The notes beneath the pieces were generated by a model. That model ran no database searches, was not told where the DNA came from, and saw only the letters and a program-made list of their open reading frames with translations. This document shows positions 30,548-39,160 of a stretch of DNA of 64,000 bases, piece after piece. Origin of the DNA: Candidatus Obscuribacteraceae bacterium (GTDB taxonomy: Bacteria; Cyanobacteriota; Vampirovibrionia; Obscuribacterales; Obscuribacteraceae). The stretch is taken from positions 1 through 64,000 of the forward strand of contig JBGASG010000011.1 of NCBI GenBank assembly GCA_044229845.1, given 5' to 3'. Position 1 is the stretch's first letter. Every line of letters begins with the position of its first letter. A program made the translations under genes and the position numbers.

Positions 30548-32284
30548 ATGCAACCCGACAGCTTTTATACAAGCGATGAATTCGGTCCGGACGATATAGC
30601 CCTGCGTAAGCGCTGGCTGAATTTTACGGACGAGGATGAGGCTCTTTTGCGAGACATCCACCCTCTTATGAGGGAGAGCGTCGATCCTCTGATCGACGAT
30701 ATGTATGCGCACTTTCTCTCATTTCCGGAAACGTCGGCATTTTTTCCGGACGAACAAACTCTCAGGCGGGCACAGGAAGCACAAAAGCAATACTTCCTGC
30801 GCCTGACAGCCGGCAACTACGACGAGGACTATGTCAAAGACAGGCTGCGCGTAGGCACCACGCACTACAGTATAGGATTGGACCCCAAGTGGTACTTGGG
30901 TGCTTACAACCGCATTCTCAACTGGATGAGGCGCCTTGTCGCCAAGAAGTACAAGAATAATTTTGAGAAGTATGCCCAGACAGTAGCGGCTCTCTCTCGG
31001 GTAATTTTCTTTGACATGGGATTAGCCATAGATTCTTACTTCGTTGCCAAAGAACGCGCGGCCAGAGAACAGGCTCATGCTCTCAGCGCACTGGAAACCG
31101 AACGACGGGTCACAAAGAGCATTCTCGAAGACGCGCCGGTAGGTCTGGTACGGCTGGACCGCAACCTTCGCGTAGCCGAGTGCAATCCGGAGTTCGCCGA
31201 AATGCTGGAATTGCCGAAAGGCAAACAGCCAATCAACGAATTGCTTGCCGATCTGGCACCACAATTGTCACTGGCAGAATTTCAAAAAGTGCTGGAGATG
31301 GACGAACCTTACCGCGCCACGGCAGAACCTTTGTCGCTTTCAAGCTCGTCGGCAGTCGCTTACTACGACCGCGCTATCTGGCCGGTCAAGGATAAGGACG
31401 GGCAAACACTGGCCTTGCTTGCCATTTTTTCCAGCGCCAACGATCGGGTCTTGTTACAGCAACAGCGCGAGGATTTTGTCGCCACTCTCACGCACGACCT
31501 GAAAACACCGATTTTGGCAGCCAACCGAGCAATCAAACTTTTGATGGACGGTGACTTCGGTCCGGTGCAGGAATCTCAGACCCGCATACTGGAGACCATT
31601 CATCAAAGCAACGAAGCTCTGTACAAGCTGGTGCAGACACTCCTGGACGTATATCGGTACGACAGCGGCGCCAAAAAACTCTTGCTGGCGGAGCACGATG
31701 TAGCTTCCATGGTGAAACAACTGGTGAGCGAGCTGGAGCCCCTGGCTAAGACCAAAAGCGTTGGTGTCTCGGCAATACTCCCGGAAGCACCATATAAGGT
31801 GTTATGCGATGCAGAAGAGTTGCGGCGCGTATTACAAAACCTGGTCGACAATGCTCTCAAATTCACGCCCTCCGGCGGCAGTATCAACATCACGATGCAC
31901 CAGGCACCACCGGTTACCGAAATACAGGTAGCCGACACGGGAAAAGGCATCTCAGAAACTGACAAACCAAAGCTCTTTCAAAGATTTTGGCAGGCGGCGG
32001 GCAGCGGTAGATACTATGCTTCAACCGGACTGGGTCTTTACCTTTGTCGAAAAATCGTCGAACTGCACGGCGGTCGCATCGGCTGTCAGAGCCAACTGGG
32101 AACAGGCAGTACGTTCACTTTTACAATCGACCCCTCGCACATCACAGAAAAAGTTCGCGACGATTCCCGAAGTGAGAGCGCGGAAGGCGCCGGTGAGAGC
32201 GCGGAAGGCGCCGGTGAGAGCGCGGAAGGCGCCGGTGAGAGCGCGGAAGGCGCCGGTGAGAGCGCGGAAGGCGCCGGCGAGTAA
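30548..32284 (+). CDS. Globin-coupled sensor histidine kinase (protoglobin-PAS-HisKA-HATPase)
   Basis: Sensor globin (MYAHF, QKQYF, RVGTTHYSIGLDPKWYLGAY), PAS (ILEDAPVGLV..CNPEF), DFVATLTHDLKTP, NLVDNALKF, DTGKGI, GLGL. Confidence 0.93.
   Translation: MQPDSFYTSDEFGPDDIALRKRWLNFTDEDEALLRDIHPLMRESVDPLIDDMYAHFLSFPETSAFFPDEQTLRRAQEAQKQYFLRLTAGNYDEDYVKDRLRVGTTHYSIGLDPKWYLGAYNRILNWMRRLVAKKYKNNFEKYAQTVAALSRVIFFDMGLAIDSYFVAKERAAREQAHALSALETERRVTKSILEDAPVGLVRLDRNLRVAECNPEFAEMLELPKGKQPINELLADLAPQLSLAEFQKVLEMDEPYRATAEPLSLSSSSAVAYYDRAIWPVKDKDGQTLALLAIFSSANDRVLLQQQREDFVATLTHDLKTPILAANRAIKLLMDGDFGPVQESQTRILETIHQSNEALYKLVQTLLDVYRYDSGAKKLLLAEHDVASMVKQLVSELEPLAKTKSVGVSAILPEAPYKVLCDAEELRRVLQNLVDNALKFTPSGGSINITMHQAPPVTEIQVADTGKGISETDKPKLFQRFWQAAGSGRYYASTGLGLYLCRKIVELHGGRIGCQSQLGTGSTFTFTIDPSHITEKVRDDSRSESAEGAGESAEGAGESAEGAGESAEGAGESAEGAGE
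32172..32276. repeat. 21-bp coding tandem repeat x5 (GTGAGAGCGCGGAAGGCGCCG)
   Basis: Five perfect contiguous copies encoding (ESAEGAG)5 at the kinase C-terminus. Confidence 0.95.
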
Positions 32285-32298
32285 CCACGTATCGGTCG

Positions 32299-32757
32299 CT
32301 ACAGATATGGCTGCAGATGCTGCAACATGCAGTCCATAACGAGCGGGGCAAAGTGACCGCAACCAATAGGATCATCGACAGCCGCATGCGGCTTGTCTTC
32401 GAATTCCTGCCGGGCCGCCACCAGGCAGGACCGCACTTTATTGATGATACTCTCCACCTTGCTGCTCATTGCGTCAGAGCCAGGCTTGATGCCGCGCTTC
32501 ACCAAAGTAGACTCAATAACAGCCTTGGCCGCTTGCAGAGCCTGGCATGACGCTATGCACGCAGGTTGATCTGGCGAATGCTCCAGCAGTCCAAAATCCC
32601 GGGCGCTGTCTAACAGCGCCGCCGCGCAATTGTTGCGGTCCCGGACCAGGCGTTCAAGTACCGCCAACCGGGCATTTGGATAACGAAGACACATGCGGAC
32701 CAGCCCGTGAAGTAAAGCACAATTCAGTCTCTCACTCCCCGCGCCTGAGAGCATCAT
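32299..32757 (-). CDS. Hypothetical helical protein
   Basis: Fills the gap between the kinase and hypF; likely start ATG 32757 (longer ORF overlaps hypF). Confidence 0.5.
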   Translation of the reverse strand: MMLSGAGSERLNCALLHGLVRMCLRYPNARLAVLERLVRDRNNCAAALLDSARDFGLLEHSPDQPACIASCQALQAAKAVIESTLVKRGIKPGSDAMSSKVESIINKVRSCLVAARQEFEDKPHAAVDDPIGCGHFAPLVMDCMLQHLQPYL

Positions 32758-32769
32758 CCCTGCGGAGGG
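32754..32769. promoter_or_regulatory. Island box (TCATCC-CTGC-GGAGGG)
   Basis: 84 bp upstream of the hypF start. Confidence 0.5.
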
Positions 32770-32853
32770 TTGATAGGCACAAATCGGTCCGACTCGGGAG
32801 TCCAGAGGAAATTGGTGAGTTGATACAATTAAGTCCGCCATTGGAGTGTCGTC

Positions 32854-35223
32854 ATGTCCCCAGACTCCGCAGTTTGCCAGACCAGACGAGTGCGTGTTTG
32901 TGTGACCGGCATTGTGCAGGGCGTGGGCTTCAGACCCTTTGTTTACAAACTGGCAACCGAACACAATTTGAGCGGTTTCGTGCTCAATCAGGGCGGCGCG
33001 GTAGTGATCGAGGTGGAGGGTCCGGCGCCCGCCATCGAACTCTTCGAAAAGAACCTAACAACGCTTTCACCCCCACTGTCGCATGTCGAAACCTGCACAA
33101 GCTCGGAACAGCCGCCAAGATTTGACGAGTCAGCATTTGCAATAATCGAAAGCGAGCAGTCATCGCAATTCGTACGGTCCGTCGCACCGGATTCAGCTAC
33201 TTGCGAAGATTGTCTGCGAGAACTGTTCGACCCGGCTGACCGCCGCCATCGCTATCCGTTCGTCAATTGCACCAATTGCGGTCCACGTTTCACGATTATC
33301 AATGACTTTCCGTACGACCGGAAGCGCACAACGATGGCTTCGTTTAACATGTGCTCCGCTTGCGCTTCTGAATACGCAGACCCGACCAACCGTCGATTTC
33401 ACGCTCAGCCGAATGCTTGCCCGGACTGCGGACCGCAGTTGCAATTGTTCTCACCTGAAGAACAGACAGGCTTTCTCCAAGGTGATGCCGCTCTTGCAGA
33501 AACCGCCCGGATTCTCCGGACGGGTGGCATCGCTGCAATCAAAGGACTGGGCGGCTTTCATTTGTGCTGCGATGCCACCAATCACGATACCGTTGAGCGG
33601 CTGCGCCGCCGCAAGCACCGCTATGAGAAACCTTTCGCCGTCATGTTTCGCTCTCTTGCCGAAATTCAAAGCGACTGCCAGGTTTCCTCCCTGGAAGCGC
33701 AATTACTTTTATCGCATCGACGCCCGATTGTGCTTTGCCGTCTGTCAGCCGAACACCGATTATCCACCGCGATTGCTCCCGGACTCGATCGTGTTGGAGT
33801 GATGCTGCCATACACGCCACTGCATCATTTGCTGCTCAACGATTTCCAGGGACCGCTTGTGATGACCAGCGGCAACCTCAGTGACGAACCCATCTGCATC
33901 GATAACCAGGAGGCGCTGACTGAGTTGCGCTCCCTGTCCGATGTGATTCTTTTGCACGATCGGTCCATCGCCTCCCGCTATGATGACAGCTTGATGGTTT
34001 GCACCGGCAATGGTGGCAAGTCGAGGGCATTCTCACTAAGGAGAGCACGCGGTTACGCCCCCGATCCCATCAAACTGACGACTCCCCCTGCAAAGACAGT
34101 TCTGGCTGTCGGAGCGCATTTGAAAAACACGTTCTGCGTCACTGCCGGATCGTCGGCATACGTCAGCCAGCACATCGGCGACCTGGAGAATCTGCAAGCA
34201 ATCAGGCACTTCCAGGAAACGCTGGACCGTTATCTTTCCCTGTTTCAGCTGCAACCCGAATTGATCGCCTGCGATCTGCATCCAGATTATTTATCAACTT
34301 CACTGGCGCACGAACTCTCTCGGCGCCTGGAAATACCCGTCCGGACTGTACAGCATCATCACGCTCACATCGTCGCCTGCACCGCGGAATTCGGCATTAC
34401 CGAGCCGGTCCTGGGTGTGGCACTGGACGGCTCAGGTTACGGCAGCGACGGCACCATCTGGGGAGGCGAATTTCTCTTTTGTCACGGCAGTCAATTCAAG
34501 CGAGTGGCACACTTCGAGACAGTGCCGCTGATCGGCGGATCAAAAGCCGTCAAAAGCCCCTGGCGCATGGCACTCGCTTACCTGTACAAAAGAGAAAACT
34601 TCTCCTGGTTTGAGTCGGCAATTGCCGAGCAGATAAATCCAGTCCTGATTCGCGGAGTTCACCAACTGCTGGAGAAACACAGCAGCGCCCCGGAATCCGG
34701 TTTCAGCGCGCCGCTCACATCCAGCTGCGGACGCTTGTTCGATGCTATCGCCGCCGTGTCCGGTTTGCGACTGGAAGGAAGCTATGAAGGACAGCCGGCC
34801 ATGGAGCTGGAAGCAGCGGCACGCTCCGCGCTGCAGGCTGGCAACGGCGAACACCCGCGAAAGGACACCACCCACACCACATCTGACACCACATGCGACG
34901 CCGTGCTGCCCGTTGCCGACCTTGTCGAGCAGGCGGCTACGCAACGCCTGGCTGGATTGACACCGCCTGAGATAGCACTGCAATTTCACGTCAGACTGGC
35001 CAACCGGCTAAGCAGGAAGATCATCGCCCTGTGCAAGTCTTATTCTGTATCTACAGTCTGTCTGAGTGGCGGGGTGTTTCAAAATATGCTTCTACTGGAC
35101 TTGCTTATCAATCTGCTTGGTGACAGCATGCCCGATTTGCAGATTCTGCATCCCCGCCAACTACCCTGCAACGATGGTGGCATTTCACTGGGTCAAGCAG
35201 TGATTGCCGGCAATCAGGAGTAA
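32854..35223 (+). CDS. hypF: Carbamoyltransferase HypF
   Basis: GIVQGVGFRPFVY, zinc fingers CEDC/CTNC/CSAC/CPDC, KGLGGFHL, QHHHAH, TSSCGRLFDA, NDGGISLGQA. Confidence 0.97.
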   Translation: MSPDSAVCQTRRVRVCVTGIVQGVGFRPFVYKLATEHNLSGFVLNQGGAVVIEVEGPAPAIELFEKNLTTLSPPLSHVETCTSSEQPPRFDESAFAIIESEQSSQFVRSVAPDSATCEDCLRELFDPADRRHRYPFVNCTNCGPRFTIINDFPYDRKRTTMASFNMCSACASEYADPTNRRFHAQPNACPDCGPQLQLFSPEEQTGFLQGDAALAETARILRTGGIAAIKGLGGFHLCCDATNHDTVERLRRRKHRYEKPFAVMFRSLAEIQSDCQVSSLEAQLLLSHRRPIVLCRLSAEHRLSTAIAPGLDRVGVMLPYTPLHHLLLNDFQGPLVMTSGNLSDEPICIDNQEALTELRSLSDVILLHDRSIASRYDDSLMVCTGNGGKSRAFSLRRARGYAPDPIKLTTPPAKTVLAVGAHLKNTFCVTAGSSAYVSQHIGDLENLQAIRHFQETLDRYLSLFQLQPELIACDLHPDYLSTSLAHELSRRLEIPVRTVQHHHAHIVACTAEFGITEPVLGVALDGSGYGSDGTIWGGEFLFCHGSQFKRVAHFETVPLIGGSKAVKSPWRMALAYLYKRENFSWFESAIAEQINPVLIRGVHQLLEKHSSAPESGFSAPLTSSCGRLFDAIAAVSGLRLEGSYEGQPAMELEAAARSALQAGNGEHPRKDTTHTTSDTTCDAVLPVADLVEQAATQRLAGLTPPEIALQFHVRLANRLSRKIIALCKSYSVSTVCLSGGVFQNMLLLDLLINLLGDSMPDLQILHPRQLPCNDGGISLGQAVIAGNQE

Positions 35224-35229
35224 TGTGGC

Positions 35230-35511
35230 ATGTGTCTGGCGATACCGGGACTTGTGGAAACCATTTTTGAGGAGAACGGGCTCTCGATGGCGTCCGTAGA
35301 TTTTGGCGGTATCAGGCGAAACGTTTGCGTGTCGTACGTAGAGCATGTTCGCCCCGGACAATACGTGCTCGTGCATGTCGGCTTCGCATTGAGTATTGTC
35401 GACGAAGAGGAAGCAAAACGCTCCCTGTCGTCCATTGATGCAGCAGCCGAGCTGGGACTGCCCGAGCTGGGAGTGCCCGACGCGGGACGCGGGGAGGATG
35501 TTGAACCGTGA
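35230..35511 (+). CDS. hypC: Hydrogenase assembly chaperone HypC (copy 2)
   Basis: [23 protein letters not shown]. Confidence 0.95.
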   Translation: MCLAIPGLVETIFEENGLSMASVDFGGIRRNVCVSYVEHVRPGQYVLVHVGFALSIVDEEEAKRSLSSIDAAAELGLPELGVPDAGRGEDVEP

Positions 35512-36611
35512 AGTTCTTTTCCGAATTTAGAGACGAGACTCGCGCCAAGACTCTCAGTCGCCGCATTCATCAGCGTGTCAGCCGCCAGTGGAAGATCATG
35601 GAAGTGTGCGGCGGACAGACTCACGCCATCATGCAATACGGCATTCCAGATCTTCTGCCGCCCGAGATCGAACTGGTTCATGGACCGGGCTGTCCTGTAT
35701 GCGTGACACCAATCGACGTGATAGACCAGGCCATACAGATTGCCGGATCTGCTGACACCATTTTCTGCTCCTTTGGAGACATGCTCAGGGTACCCGGATC
35801 CAAGATGGATTTGCTAGCGGTAAAGGCGCAGGGAGCGGATGTGCGCGTTGTGTACTCGCCGATGGATTGCCTTGCAATCGCCAAGACCAATCCCACCAAG
35901 CAAGTCGTGTTTTTCGCCATCGGCTTTGAAACAACGGCTCCGGCTAACGCTATGGCTGTGGTGCAGGCAAACAAGCTTGCCATCTCAAACTTCTCAATGC
36001 TTTGCTCGCACGTTCTGGTGCCTCCGATTATGGAGAGCATGTTGAGCATGCCGGAGACTACCATTCAGGCATTTCTGGGCCCCGGTCACGTGTGCACTGT
36101 GATGGGCTCCCAGCAGTACGAGCCTATTGCCAGCCGCTTTCATGTGCCGATCGTGATATCAGGATTTGAACCTCTGGATATTTTGGAAGGCATAGCTCGC
36201 GCGGTCGAACAACTGGAGTCTGGTCGGTCTGAGGTAGAAATCCAGTACGCCCGCGCTGTTCGTCCGCAGGGCAATGAAGCGGCGAGAGCCGTCGTGGCTG
36301 AAGTCATGGAGCCCTGCGAGCGCAGCTGGCGAGGTATAGGAACTGTCCCCGCCAGTGGACTGCGCATCCGCGACCAGTACGTCCGCTTCGACGCCCTGAC
36401 TCACTTTTCGCTGCACTCAAGCGGCGGGCGAGACCACGAACAGTGCATCAGCGGACAAATTCTTCAAGGTTTGAAGAAACCTCCGGATTGTCCGGCTTTT
36501 GGCAAGCAGTGCACGCCCGAGCGCCCCCTCGGTGCCACCATGGTGTCCTCAGAGGGAACCTGCGCAGCCTATTATCGGTATGCACTGACAGCTCTGCGGG
36601 GGGATGATTGA
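35508..36611 (+). CDS. hypD: Hydrogenase formation protein HypD
   Basis: [37 protein letters not shown]. Confidence 0.97.
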   Translation: MKFFSEFRDETRAKTLSRRIHQRVSRQWKIMEVCGGQTHAIMQYGIPDLLPPEIELVHGPGCPVCVTPIDVIDQAIQIAGSADTIFCSFGDMLRVPGSKMDLLAVKAQGADVRVVYSPMDCLAIAKTNPTKQVVFFAIGFETTAPANAMAVVQANKLAISNFSMLCSHVLVPPIMESMLSMPETTIQAFLGPGHVCTVMGSQQYEPIASRFHVPIVISGFEPLDILEGIARAVEQLESGRSEVEIQYARAVRPQGNEAARAVVAEVMEPCERSWRGIGTVPASGLRIRDQYVRFDALTHFSLHSSGGRDHEQCISGQILQGLKKPPDCPAFGKQCTPERPLGATMVSSEGTCAAYYRYALTALRGDD

Positions 36612-36613
36612 TC

Positions 36614-37660
36614 ATGGTGCAAGAAGACGGCGCCGCTTGCTCACTGCCGCTGTTTCACGATCAATTCGTCGTGCTCGGTCACGGCAGTGGTGGCAGGTTG
36701 ACCAACAGCTTGATCGAAAACGTCTTTTTACCATTGCTGGGTAATCAGCATTTGAGAGCCGCTGAAGATGCGGCCGACGTAGCTCAACTGACCGGCCGCT
36801 GTGTGATTTCTACCGATAGCTATGTCGTGCAACCGATTATTTTTCCTGGCGGCAATATCGGATCGCTGGCGGTCAACGGCACCGTCAACGATCTCGCGAT
36901 GCGCGCGGCACGTCCGCTCTACCTGACGGCCGGATTTATTCTCGAGGAAGGACTCTCGATCGAAACGCTGCGTCAGATAGTTTCTTCCCTGGCAGCCACT
37001 GCCCAAGCGGCAGCAGTGCCGGTCGTAGCCGCCGACACCAAAGTCGTGAATCGGGGAGCAGGCGACCAGATATTCATCAACACAACAGGCATCGGTGAAC
37101 TGCTGCAAGACCCACCTCCCGGTGTCAGCCGTGTCCGGGCCGGAGATGCGATTATCGCCAGCGGAGATATTGGGCGACACGGCATAGCAATCATGTGCCA
37201 GCGGTCGGGATTGCAACTGGAGAGCACCGTCACCAGCGATTGCAGCAGTCTATTTCCGCTTGTTCAATCGATGTTGCCGACGGCAGATCTGCATTGCCTG
37301 CGCGACCTGACGCGGGGCGGTCTGGCAACTGTCCTCAATGAAATTGCCTGCGGAGCCGACGTGGGCATTGAGATTTCGGAGAAGTCAGTTCCTGTGAGCG
37401 AAGCAGTAAGAGCCGCCTGCGAATTGCTGGGGCTCGACCCACTTTATGTGGCTTGCGAGGGACGCCTGATAGCAATCATCAGCGAGGATCAAGCAGACTC
37501 CACGCTGGAGGCAATGCGTCGACATGGTGGTTGCCCCGATGCTGGTATCATTGGACGAGTGACTGCTGAACATCCTCGTCGCGTCGTTATGCAATCAGTT
37601 ATCGGTGGCCGTCGTATAGTCGACCGGCTCTCCGGCGAACAACTGCCACGTATCTGCTAG
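36614..37660 (+). CDS. hypE: Hydrogenase expression/formation protein HypE
   Basis: HGSGG, TDSYVV.P..FPGG.IG, NGTVNDLAM, RDLTRGG, C-terminal PRIC. Confidence 0.97.
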   Translation: MVQEDGAACSLPLFHDQFVVLGHGSGGRLTNSLIENVFLPLLGNQHLRAAEDAADVAQLTGRCVISTDSYVVQPIIFPGGNIGSLAVNGTVNDLAMRAARPLYLTAGFILEEGLSIETLRQIVSSLAATAQAAAVPVVAADTKVVNRGAGDQIFINTTGIGELLQDPPPGVSRVRAGDAIIASGDIGRHGIAIMCQRSGLQLESTVTSDCSSLFPLVQSMLPTADLHCLRDLTRGGLATVLNEIACGADVGIEISEKSVPVSEAVRAACELLGLDPLYVACEGRLIAIISEDQADSTLEAMRRHGGCPDAGIIGRVTAEHPRRVVMQSVIGGRRIVDRLSGEQLPRIC

Positions 37661-37965
37661 TGCCGTTGCACCGCTGGTGCACGACTGCAAAGTCGCAGTC
37701 CGGACTTAATGAGCGGATTCAAGAAAGGTCCTTGCAGATCGGCGGCCACCACCCTGGCCAGTCCGAGCGGTGTTACTGACACGCGCGGGACATCGGCACC
37801 GGCAAAGATCAGCGCCATCAACACTAGAAGAACCAGCAACCAAGAATTTCGTTTGTTAGTTCGGTGATGCGTCCGGTCGGTATTTGTCGCCGAGGTTGGC
37901 GGTTGGAAGACAGACACAGGCACATGCAGTGACCCGGTTGGTCTGTGTGTAGTAGTGGCGTACAT
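37657..37965 (-). CDS. Hypothetical single-TM protein
   Basis: ATG with GAGGTAAGGGG upstream; hydrophobic WLLVLLVLMALIFAG. Confidence 0.5.
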   Translation of the reverse strand: MYATTTHRPTGSLHVPVSVFQPPTSATNTDRTHHRTNKRNSWLLVLLVLMALIFAGADVPRVSVTPLGLARVVAADLQGPFLNPLIKSGLRLCSRAPAVQRH

Positions 37966-38117
37966 ACCCCTTACCTCGTTGACCTGAAACTGTCACTTTC
38001 AGTATCGACCTTTTGAAAGCTCTGCACATCGTCCATTCGACAGACTTTGCTAGTCCTCAGGAACGATGTTTGCACAGCTTCCAGCGGCAAAAATGTCTTA
38101 GTGAACGAGGGAAAGCA

Positions 38118-38807
38118 ATGAACACAGTCTGGATTGCACTGGCGCTGAGTGGTCTTCTCAGCGCCTCCATAGCCGCGACCGCCTCGTCATCGGTAGTGCC
38201 GGCGCCGGTGAGCGTCAATCCGCCCGCATCTCACACGTCAGCATCGCCGCAGTGGATACCGGTTCCGTCCTGGCTTGCGGGCACGTGGTGGGCAAAGTCT
38301 GAAGTCGTACTGTACTCGTACAATTACAGCACCAGGCAGTCCGTGACCACTGAGCCCTTAACTTTGACTATTTCCAGAGTCAGTACCATAGGCATGCAGA
38401 AGGACGGGCAGGGCACCATCTGGCATTACACGGGGCTGCCATACAATCGAATAACTCAGACCGACAGCTACACTGAGTTTCACGAAATAGAATCTACGGA
38501 GTTGCAGCGCAGCGACGCGCTGGAGGTGCGAGTGACAACGCGCGCCAGGGTAACTCGCACCGCAAAAGAGAATTCGCAACTTATCGACTCATTCTCCGAG
38601 TTAACCACTATCAGTTATGTGCCACTCCCAGAGGATGGTTTGATTCAGGCAAGCTTTTTGATCAGGGACTTCGACATGCAAGGCAGGCCGATGTATTTAA
38701 CCAGGGCAGTTTCTATCGAAAAGAGAATTAAGCCATTCGCGATCGTAGATTTGAATGAGCGCGGTAATTTACGACTCAAGTTTAATGAGTTCATGACAGG
38801 CCGTTGA
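38118..38807 (+). CDS. Secreted hypothetical protein
   Basis: Signal peptide from ATG 38118; W.PVP.WLAG.W and beta-rich body. Confidence 0.7.
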   Translation: MNTVWIALALSGLLSASIAATASSSVVPAPVSVNPPASHTSASPQWIPVPSWLAGTWWAKSEVVLYSYNYSTRQSVTTEPLTLTISRVSTIGMQKDGQGTIWHYTGLPYNRITQTDSYTEFHEIESTELQRSDALEVRVTTRARVTRTAKENSQLIDSFSELTTISYVPLPEDGLIQASFLIRDFDMQGRPMYLTRAVSIEKRIKPFAIVDLNERGNLRLKFNEFMTGR

Positions 38808-38867
38808 GCCGGCCCTGCGCACACATTTCTGCTAAAGTCGGGGCGGTTTTTCGCTTCTGGAGGTTCG

Positions 38868-39152
38868 GTGTCGAAGTTTCTTGTAATCTGGTCTCTGCAA
38901 CCCGACGGCTTACGTCAAGACTTAACGCAAGCGGTACTGCGCATGCCTGAGTATGCGAAAGACTTGAGAAACCGCAAAAAGCTCGACGTTCGGTATCACA
39001 TCGTCGGTGGACATGGCGGCGCATGGATTTACGACGTCGATAACAATGAAGAACTGGATCGGTTGCTGGCCATGTCTCCTGTCTACAACTTCGCAACTTA
39101 TACAGTTTATGCGCTAGCCAGAATGGATGATGACACGCCCTCTCAAAAATAG
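38868..39152 (+). CDS. Muconolactone delta-isomerase-like small protein
   Basis: 94 aa; FLVIW, Y.IVGGHGG..IYDVD..EEL..LL..SP…V.ALA pattern; GGAGG RBS. Confidence 0.65.
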   Translation: MSKFLVIWSLQPDGLRQDLTQAVLRMPEYAKDLRNRKKLDVRYHIVGGHGGAWIYDVDNNEELDRLLAMSPVYNFATYTVYALARMDDDTPSQK

Positions 39153-39160
39153 ATCTGCGC

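Noticed and set aside
32172..32276. Possible CRISPR array
   Set aside because: Repeats are contiguous with no spacers, lie in frame within a CDS, and no cas genes are present.
30495..38066. Additional weak box candidates (TTAGCC-TCTC-AGATTT at 30495; TAGTCC-TCAG-GAACGA at 38051)
   Set aside because: Too many mismatches to distinguish from chance without a position weight matrix.
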